A DNA stretch of 29,413 nt, taken from NCBI GenBank assembly GCA_050250255.1, contig JBFWOZ010000036.1, forward strand, positions 1 to 29,413. The letters run 5' to 3'. A program made the translations under genes and the position numbers. Position 1 is the stretch's first letter; each line of letters opens with the position of its first letter. Below, one piece after another: positions 17,596-24,423 of the stretch. The stretch comes from Bdellovibrionales bacterium (GTDB lineage Bacteria; Bdellovibrionota; Bdellovibrionia; Bdellovibrionales; DASUEL01). The notes under the pieces were generated by a model. The model was not told the DNA's origin and made no database searches. It saw only the letters and a program-made list of their open reading frames with translations.

Positions 17596-18123
17596 GTGAT
17601 ACCAGCGCTTCTGCCAGCTAAAGAGTTAAGTACGATCCTCGAAGAGGCTCGACTACAGTCATGGATCTCTGGCCATGCAACTCAACGCACTGGCTCGCTT
17701 GAAGAGCTACGCACACAACTTGATCGACAGAAAACACAAACCAGTTCTCGTACACACAAAAAAGTGGAATCCACTTACTGGGGCATTCAGGTCGACGCTT
17801 CAAAAGACCAATGTATTGGTGTCGATTTGGAATACCTCTCTCAAACCTTTATCAAACGTGACTTACAGACGATGCAAGAGCTCCTTGAACTTCCTGAAGA
17901 GTCCAGTCATCAAGACATCCTCGTTGAATGGACAAGTCGTGAAGCGGCTTACAAAGCCCTTAGACAGAGTTCAGACGCGCCACTTGCGGAACTTGCACAG
18001 CTCAAAAGAGTTGATAAGGAGCCCACCTCTTTTGTTCTTGGACCACAAAATGTGTCCTGCCACGTGAAAACGGCCATTGAAAATAATTGGATTCTCTCGA
18101 TCGCAAAACTGGAGACATTATGA
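17596..18123 (+). CDS. Divergent 4'-phosphopantetheinyl transferase
   Basis: IGVDLE and EWTSREAAYKAL match the PPTase G(V/I)D(x)E and WxxKEAxxK motifs. SD AAGGA, GTG start. Confidence 0.8.
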   Translation: MIPALLPAKELSTILEEARLQSWISGHATQRTGSLEELRTQLDRQKTQTSSRTHKKVESTYWGIQVDASKDQCIGVDLEYLSQTFIKRDLQTMQELLELPEESSHQDILVEWTSREAAYKALRQSSDAPLAELAQLKRVDKEPTSFVLGPQNVSCHVKTAIENNWILSIAKLETL

Positions 18124-18857
18124 CCTTTTGGCAAAATCAAGTTGTTCTGGTAACAGGAGCTAGTCGAGGTATTGGTCGTGAATTAGCGATTCGTTTTTCT
18201 GCTTTAGGTGCAAAAGTCGCAATCAATTACGTGTCCAACCAGGCCCGCGCTGAAGAAGTGTTAGCACTTTGTAATGCAGAGAATACTCGTCTCTACCAAG
18301 CAGATGTGGGAAATGAAGACGATGTCACCAAAATGGTGGAGCAGATTGAAACAGATCTTGGTGAAGTCACCATTCTTGTTAATAATGCCGGGCAAACTCG
18401 CGATGGACTCCTCATGATGATGAGTGCAGAAAATTGGAAATCTGTTTTATCCACTCATCTTGATGGAGCTTTTTACTGTAGTCGCGCGGTGATGCGCGGA
18501 ATGGTTTCAAATAAGTTTGGCCGCGTGATCAACATCACTTCGGTCTCTGGAATTAAAGGTACAGCCGGGCAATGTAACTACTCTGCCGCAAAAGCAGGAC
18601 TCATTGGATTTACTAGAGCTCTTTCGAGAGAAATGGGACGAAAAAAAATCACCTGTAATGCCGTAGCTCTTGGTGTAATTGATACTGAGATGACTCAGGA
18701 TTTGAGTGCTGATGTTTTACAAGCCTACAAAGACTCGACTTCTCTTAAACGCTTTGGCCAAACGAGTGAGGTTGCAGATCTTGTTGAGTTTTTAGCAAGC
18801 GATAAATCGAACTACCTCACCGGACAAGTGATCACTCTCGATGGAGGGCTCGTATGA
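18120..18857 (+). CDS. fabG: 3-oxoacyl-ACP reductase
   Basis: VTGASRGIG, NNAGQTRD, catalytic Ser (TSVSG), YSAAK, GQVITLDGG. ATG 18120 overlaps the PPTase TGA. Confidence 0.95.
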   Translation: MTFWQNQVVLVTGASRGIGRELAIRFSALGAKVAINYVSNQARAEEVLALCNAENTRLYQADVGNEDDVTKMVEQIETDLGEVTILVNNAGQTRDGLLMMMSAENWKSVLSTHLDGAFYCSRAVMRGMVSNKFGRVINITSVSGIKGTAGQCNYSAAKAGLIGFTRALSREMGRKKITCNAVALGVIDTEMTQDLSADVLQAYKDSTSLKRFGQTSEVADLVEFLASDKSNYLTGQVITLDGGLV

Positions 18858-19321
18858 GTAACGCCGAAGACGCAACACTCATCCTTGCGGCCGTCCCTCA
18901 GAGATATCCCTTCTTAATGGTGGACCGAATTGTTTCTCACGAGTTTGGTAAAAAAGCTGTTTGTCGAAAGAACGTTACAAATGGTGAAGAAATTCTCGCC
19001 GGTCACTTCCCTGGAAATCCCATTTTTCCAGGTGTACTTATGGTGGAGCTTTCGCTTCAAACAACTCAAGTGATGTTGACAGATCTTCAATCTCTTAAGA
19101 ACAAAATAAAAGACACCCAGGCTCCTCAAGGTTATTTAGTTTCCATCGATAAATTTAAATTCCTAAAAGTGATTCGACCAGGAGACATTCTCGAAGCGAC
19201 ATCCGAATTTGATATGGACGCCATGGGAATGACACGTGCTAAAGTAAAAATCACTACCGATGCAGGAGAAGATGTGGCTCACGGTATTGTTACCGTCTCT
19301 AGCCCCACCACACCTGCATGA
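18854..19321 (+). CDS. fabZ: 3-hydroxyacyl-ACP dehydratase (FabZ family), copy 1
   Basis: PQRYPFLMVD and GHFPGNPIFPGVLMVE, with catalytic His and Glu. Confidence 0.92.
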   Translation: MSNAEDATLILAAVPQRYPFLMVDRIVSHEFGKKAVCRKNVTNGEEILAGHFPGNPIFPGVLMVELSLQTTQVMLTDLQSLKNKIKDTQAPQGYLVSIDKFKFLKVIRPGDILEATSEFDMDAMGMTRAKVKITTDAGEDVAHGIVTVSSPTTPA

Positions 19322-19710
19322 TTCCACAAATAGCTCACAGATACCCTTTGCTTCTTGTCGACCGCGTTCTTGAAAGCCGAACTGGCGAATATGTGAAGGC
19401 CACTAAAAATGTGAGCTTTAACGAAAAAGTTTTTTTAGGTCACTTTCCGAATCATCCGATCTATCCTGCGATTTATATTATTGAAGGGCTCTGTCAGTGC
19501 GCTCAAGTGATGCTCGGAGCCGAAAAAGCCGTCACCGCAAAACTTGAAAGTTTTAAGTTCACACGCCCCGTCTACCCAGGCGATCAAATCACTTATGAAG
19601 TGGAACTGGAATCTATGATGGGCGCATTTCAAATTGCAAAAGCTGTGGCCTCCGTGAACGGAAAAGCCGTTTCTAAAGGCACCATCGTTGGCTGCAAACT
19701 TTCGGAATAG
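19318..19710 (+). CDS. fabZ: 3-hydroxyacyl-ACP dehydratase (FabZ family), copy 2
   Basis: HRYPLLLVD and GHFPNHPIYPAIYIIE, with catalytic His and Glu. ATGA overlap with copy 1. Confidence 0.92.
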   Translation: MIPQIAHRYPLLLVDRVLESRTGEYVKATKNVSFNEKVFLGHFPNHPIYPAIYIIEGLCQCAQVMLGAEKAVTAKLESFKFTRPVYPGDQITYEVELESMMGAFQIAKAVASVNGKAVSKGTIVGCKLSE

Positions 19711-19715
19711 ACTAT

Positions 19716-19930
19716 TTATTGATTCTTTGCGAATTCACATATTCCAAATCGAGTACTATGAAGACGACTTTTGTTTTGAAAGAGCTCATCGTAACGAGTC
19801 GTGGATTCGCAAGCTCCCTTAACATCTCTCATTTCAATGCGAGCCTTACCTTGCAACCAAAGGGCTGAGTCGTGCTCTGGTGAAGAGTAGCGTTGATACC
19901 AACTTAATGCGCTTTGCCAAACAAGAACAC
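19716..19930 (-). pseudogene. Possible TPR-like gene remnant
   Basis: WQSALSWYQRY...SALWLQGKARIEMRDVKGACE resembles a TPR helix pair. No convincing start or SD, and the 5' part runs into the hsp20 promoter region. Confidence 0.35.
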
Positions 19931-19939
19931 ATTGCACCT

Positions 19940-19967
19940 CTTGACAGCCTTTAAAGGAAACACATGT
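19940..19967 (+). promoter_or_regulatory. Candidate heat-shock (sigma32-like) promoter of hsp20
   Basis: CTTGAC-N14-ACACATGT resembles CTTGAA-N13-15-CCCCATNT and lies about 45 nt upstream of the start codon. Confidence 0.4.
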
Positions 19968-20012
19968 TTTCTTTGTGTGGAATAACACAACTAAAACCTA
20001 AAGGAGGTTACA

Positions 20013-20528
20013 ATGAAAACATTAGTTCCATTTTGGGTGCCGAGTTTTTCTTCTGATCTCTGGCGTGATGTTGATCGCTTGTTTGATGGTTTTGCGACTC
20101 CATCCTTAGCCGACTATCCGCGAGCTTTTACGCCCGCAACAGAAGTAGAAGATAATGATAACCATTTTATGGTGAGTCTTGATCTTCCTGGTATGAAAAA
20201 AGAAGATATTAAAATCGATGTTGAAAACAACACTCTGATTGTTTCAGGTGAACGTAAGCGTGAGGAAAAAACGGATACCAAACGGTATCATCGTATAGAA
20301 AGATCTTTTGGGTCTTTTAAACGTAGCTTCACACTTGCTGATAATATCGATGTCGAGAAGATTGCTGCTCACCATGAGGACGGAGTGCTAAGAGTCTATA
20401 TCCCAAAAGCCGCGGCCTCACAGGCCCGCAAGGTTGAGATCCAATCTGGCAAAGACGGTTTTTTCGATAGACTGTTAGGCTCCAAAAAGAGTACGGATTT
20501 AAAAGACGTGAACGAAAAGGTCTCTTAA
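20013..20528 (+). CDS. Small heat-shock protein (Hsp20/alpha-crystallin)
   Basis: DLPGMKKEDI, VSGERK, ERSFGSFKRSFTL, AHHEDGVLRVYIPK, V-E-I motif. SD AGGAGG. Confidence 0.97.
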   Translation: MKTLVPFWVPSFSSDLWRDVDRLFDGFATPSLADYPRAFTPATEVEDNDNHFMVSLDLPGMKKEDIKIDVENNTLIVSGERKREEKTDTKRYHRIERSFGSFKRSFTLADNIDVEKIAAHHEDGVLRVYIPKAAASQARKVEIQSGKDGFFDRLLGSKKSTDLKDVNEKVS

Positions 20529-20534
20529 TCCCCT

Positions 20535-20560
20535 AAGGGCGGTTTCACACCGCCCTTTTT
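20535..20560 (+). terminator. Intrinsic terminator after hsp20
   Basis: AAGGGCGGT-ttcac-ACCGCCCTT followed by a T-run, between convergent genes. Confidence 0.85.
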
Positions 20561-21116
20561 ATTTTAATATTTCTTGAATAGCTTGGCGAAATTTTTCGCT
20601 ATCAGGCTTAGTCAATGAGCGAAATCGATTTACGAGTTGACCTTTTTTATTCACTAAGAATTTCTCAAAGTTCCAAGCCACTTCTCCACGGAACTCAGGT
20701 TTTGCCTGTTCAGTCAGATATTTGAACACAGGTTGTTTTTCTAAACCTACTACGGGGGACTTTTCAAACAGCGGAAATTTCACTCCAAAATTGATTTCAC
20801 AGAACTCAGAAATATCATTCTCAGATCCTGGCTCTTGAGAGCCAAAGTCATTGCACGGAAATCCTAAAATTTCTAAACCCTGTCCCTTATATTCCTCATA
20901 GATTTTTTGAAGATCTTTGTACTGAGGAGTGAAACCACATTTCGATGCTGTGTTTACGATGACAAGAGGTTTTCCTCGATATTGTTCCATCGTGGCCGGT
21001 TTCCCATGAAGTGTCTTTAATGGAATTTTATAAAGTTCCTCGGGACTCATGACTTCGCCCTTACTTTTAGGTTTTAAAAGTCCTGCAGCAATTTTAACGA
21101 GGTTGAATACACCCAT
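20559..21116 (-). CDS. Glutathione peroxidase family protein (Cys-type)
   Basis: VNTASKCGFTPQY, GFPCNDFGSQEPG, WNFEKFL. Confidence 0.96.
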   Translation of the reverse strand: MGVFNLVKIAAGLLKPKSKGEVMSPEELYKIPLKTLHGKPATMEQYRGKPLVIVNTASKCGFTPQYKDLQKIYEEYKGQGLEILGFPCNDFGSQEPGSENDISEFCEINFGVKFPLFEKSPVVGLEKQPVFKYLTEQAKPEFRGEVAWNFEKFLVNKKGQLVNRFRSLTKPDSEKFRQAIQEILK

Positions 21117-21829
21117 TACGCCACCTTAGATTTCTTTTGCGCTCGAAGATTCAGCATTTCAACCGCTAATGAGAAGAACATCGCAAAATAAATGTAACCC
21201 TTTTCGATATGTTTACCCAAGCCCTCCATAACCAACATCACGCCGATGAGAATAAGGAAAGACATCGCAAGCATTTTTACCGTTGGATGAGCCGCTACAA
21301 AATCACTGATTCTTTTTGCGAAGAGAAGCATCACGCACATAGAAAGAACTACCGCCGTGATCATGATACTGATTTTATCCACCATTCCGATGGCGGTAAT
21401 GACGGAATCGAGAGAGAAAATCAAATCAAGAAGTACGATCTGAATAAGCGCATTTTTCAAAGAATAAACTTTTACTACCTTTTCTGCATGAGAGTGACCT
21501 TCCACTTTTTCATGAATTTCGAGAGTCGACTTAGCGATCAAAAAGAGTCCCCCAAGAAGCAAGATCAAACTCCTCGCAGAGATGTCCTGATCCATGACGG
21601 TAAAGAGTGGAGTTGTAAGCTTCATCACCCAGCCTAAACTCATCAAAAGAAGGATACGCATCAACATTGCTAAAACAAGACCCAGACGTCTTGCGAAATC
21701 CCGATCTTTAGCGGGAAGTTTTTCAACGACAATCGCGAGAAAAACGATGTTATCGATCCCTAAAACAATTTCGAGACTCGTTAAGGTCAATAAAGCAATC
21801 AGGACTTGGGCGGTGAGATATTCTTCCAT
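21116..21829 (-). CDS. terC: TerC-family membrane protein
   Basis: LEIVLGIDN, IVLLDLIFSLDSVITA, KGYIYFAM. Stop overlaps the peroxidase start (TAATG). Confidence 0.95.
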   Translation of the reverse strand: MEEYLTAQVLIALLTLTSLEIVLGIDNIVFLAIVVEKLPAKDRDFARRLGLVLAMLMRILLLMSLGWVMKLTTPLFTVMDQDISARSLILLLGGLFLIAKSTLEIHEKVEGHSHAEKVVKVYSLKNALIQIVLLDLIFSLDSVITAIGMVDKISIMITAVVLSMCVMLLFAKRISDFVAAHPTVKMLAMSFLILIGVMLVMEGLGKHIEKGYIYFAMFFSLAVEMLNLRAQKKSKVA

Positions 21830-21976
21830 GGGAAAAATATCTAGTTCTGACCTGCGAATGTCCAGTCAATATCGTATGTGTGCGAAGCGTTAAGCCCCCC
21901 AGATCAGGAATCAATTTGCATTCACGCACTGTGAGTCTTCATAATAGATCTTTCAATATCCATAGGAGGATACATC

Positions 21977-22570
21977 ATGAAAAACTTCATCCCCGTTTTC
22001 TTATTTCTTTTAGCACTTCCCGCTTTCTCAATGACAAATTACAAAATCGATCCAAGCCATAGCGAAGTCGGCTTCAAAGTAAAACATCTTGTCGTGTCGA
22101 CCGTTCCAGGAAAATTCAAAGAGTTTGAAGGAAATTTTAAATTTGATGAAAAAACCGGAAAGGTAGAAGACGTTCAATTTAAAATCAAAGCCGCTTCTAT
22201 CGATACCAACGAGCCAAAGCGTGACGAACATTTAAGAAGCAAAGACTTCTTCGAAGTCGACAAGTACCCAACAATCGAATTCAAAAGCACAAAAGTGGAA
22301 ACAAGCGGAAAAAAACCAACCCGCGTTCACGGCGATCTCACCATGCATGGTGTGACAAAAAATGTGGCTTTAAAGCTCAAGTATAACGGCACAATCAAAG
22401 ATCCATGGGGTAATCAAAAACTTGGCTTCGAAGCGAACACAAAATTAAATCGTGAAGACTTCAACCTGAAATGGAATAAAGCTTTAGAAACTGGCGGCGT
22501 TGTTGTGGGTAAAGAAGTGGAAATCATTATCTTAGGTGAAGCCACTGCCGAAGCTGAAAAAGCAAAGTAA
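21977..22570 (+). CDS. yceI: YceI-family lipid/polyisoprenoid-binding periplasmic protein
   Basis: Signal peptide, YKIDPSHSEVGFKVKH, RDEHLRSKDFF, GDLTMHGVTK, DPWG. SD AGGAGG. Confidence 0.96.
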   Translation: MKNFIPVFLFLLALPAFSMTNYKIDPSHSEVGFKVKHLVVSTVPGKFKEFEGNFKFDEKTGKVEDVQFKIKAASIDTNEPKRDEHLRSKDFFEVDKYPTIEFKSTKVETSGKKPTRVHGDLTMHGVTKNVALKLKYNGTIKDPWGNQKLGFEANTKLNREDFNLKWNKALETGGVVVGKEVEIIILGEATAEAEKAK

Positions 22571-22602
22571 GCTCACAACTTAAACCGAGTAAGGATTAAA
22601 AA

Positions 22603-23799
22603 ATGTCCAACACCCAATTTGATTTATTTAATTTTTCTGAAGAACACAAAATGCTCCGTCAAACGGTTCGTGACTGGGTCAAAAACGAAGTCGAGCCTCA
22701 AGCGCATGAGCATGACAAAAAAGAAAAATTTAACATCGATCTCCTTCGGAAATTGGGTGAGTTGGGCCTACTTGGTCTTACAGTAAGTCCTGATTATGGC
22801 GGCTCAGGCATGGATGCTCTTGCCGCAACCATTGTTCACGAAGAACTCTCGGCCTCTGATCCAGGTTTTACTCTCGCCTACCTTGCACACTCTATGCTTT
22901 GTGTGAACAACATCCACATCAATGCGAATGAAGAACAGAAGAAGCGTTTTCTTCCAAAACTATGCACGGGTGAATGGGTGGGGGCTATGGCGATGTCGGA
23001 ACCCGATTATGGAACCGATGTTTTAGGAATGAAAACCACCGCGACAAAAAAAGGAAGCAACTACATTCTCAACGGTCGCAAGATGTGGATCACAAATGGC
23101 GCTCTAGACGATAAAAAAACTCCAGCAGATGTCGTTCTTGTTTACGCCCGCACCGGTGGGACCGATGAGAAACCACAGATTTCCACATTTGTTGTCGAGA
23201 AATCTCACAAAGGTTATTCCGTAGGTCAAAAAATCATGGATAAGCTCGGGATGCGAGCGTCCAACACGGCAGAACTTGTTTTTGAAAATTGTGAAATCCC
23301 CGAGACAAATCGCCTTGGTGACGAAGGACAATCGGTTCACCACATGATGAGAAATTTAGAGCTCGAGCGACTCACACTTGCGGCTATGAGCCTCGGCATT
23401 GCTCGGCGCTGTATTGATATTATGATTAAATATGCGAACGACAGAAAAGCTTTTGGCCACTCTTTAAATCGTTTCGGCCAAATCCAAGCTTACATTTCAA
23501 ACAGTTATTCTGACTATATGGCCGCACGTACTTATGTTTACGATGTCGCTAGAAAACTCAACCTCACAGCTGGTGGTCAACGGGTCGATTCCGATGGAAT
23601 CAAACTTGTTGCCGCTCCAATGGCAAAGCAAGTCGCTGATCGCGCCATTCAAGTTTTAGGTGGTTACGGTTATGTTGGCGAGTATGTTGTCGAAAGACTT
23701 TGGAGAGATGCGAAGCTGATTGAAATCGGCGGCGGGACGATCGAGGCACACCAGAAAAACATGTGCCGCGACCTCACACAGAATCCACCGAAGTGGTAA
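22603..23799 (+). CDS. ivd: Acyl-CoA dehydrogenase, probably isovaleryl-CoA dehydrogenase
   Basis: AMSEPDYGTD, LNGRKMWITNG, DKLGMRASNT, LELERL (IVD-type catalytic Glu position), LGGYGY, RDAKLIEIGGGT. Confidence 0.88.
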   Translation: MSNTQFDLFNFSEEHKMLRQTVRDWVKNEVEPQAHEHDKKEKFNIDLLRKLGELGLLGLTVSPDYGGSGMDALAATIVHEELSASDPGFTLAYLAHSMLCVNNIHINANEEQKKRFLPKLCTGEWVGAMAMSEPDYGTDVLGMKTTATKKGSNYILNGRKMWITNGALDDKKTPADVVLVYARTGGTDEKPQISTFVVEKSHKGYSVGQKIMDKLGMRASNTAELVFENCEIPETNRLGDEGQSVHHMMRNLELERLTLAAMSLGIARRCIDIMIKYANDRKAFGHSLNRFGQIQAYISNSYSDYMAARTYVYDVARKLNLTAGGQRVDSDGIKLVAAPMAKQVADRAIQVLGGYGYVGEYVVERLWRDAKLIEIGGGTIEAHQKNMCRDLTQNPPKW

Positions 23800-23804
23800 T
23801 TAGC

Positions 23805-24239
23805 TTATCTTGTTAATGGAGCTACTAAGTTCTTGCAGATAGATTTTGTGCTCATTGAAGGATTACGGTTGTCTTGCTTAACAATCGTCATTTCTGTTGG
23901 ACCATCGTTTTGTTCATCATGAACCATCTTTAAAAGAAATGCCCATGTGTAGTCCGAGTAACCTTTTACTCCAGACAACATATCTTTTTCGAAAGTTACA
24001 GCTACAGAGCGAGTCACATCAACAGAAGGCGCGTGTCTTAAAACAAATCCAATTTGATTAAACATCACGGCGACACGTTCGTTGAGTGGATGTCTGGCAC
24101 CGTCTTCAAAAGTCACCGCTGTTACGTCAAAGCTACAAGCTTGTCCGTTAGCATCGACACCTTTGTAAGTACCAATGGCGATGTGAGCAAATGCAGGTGA
24201 AGCAAGAATCATCGAAAGACCAAGAATAAGAGACTTCAT
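23805..24239 (-). CDS. Secreted hypothetical protein
   Basis: Signal peptide MKSLILGLSMILASPAFA, two Cys, HPLNER motif. No family recognised. Confidence 0.78.
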   Translation of the reverse strand: MKSLILGLSMILASPAFAHIAIGTYKGVDANGQACSFDVTAVTFEDGARHPLNERVAVMFNQIGFVLRHAPSVDVTRSVAVTFEKDMLSGVKGYSDYTWAFLLKMVHDEQNDGPTEMTIVKQDNRNPSMSTKSICKNLVAPLTR

Positions 24240-24423
24240 TTAAACCCCCGAATAGGAGAAGCATTAGGCTTCTCTCGTTAATTGAGAGTTTATTAAACTG
24301 AAGAGTGGAGAAAAAACAAGTTTTGACAAGCACAGACGTGTTGCCAATTGTTTTCAAAATCATTTCATTTTCAACTACATGAGCCGGCACCACATACGGC
24401 ACCGGTGATATAGATATTATTGA

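Noticed and set aside
13840..19710. Primary fatty-acid synthesis operon, or a canonical aryl polyene, ladderane or tetronate cluster
   Set aside because: No plsX/fabH/fabD and a CLF is present, so it is not core FAS. No aryl starter ligase, methyltransferase, glycosyltransferase, radical SAM, FkbH or FabH-like genes for the other classes.
20559..21116. Selenocysteine glutathione peroxidase
   Set aside because: The active-site codon is Cys (TGT) in an uninterrupted ORF.
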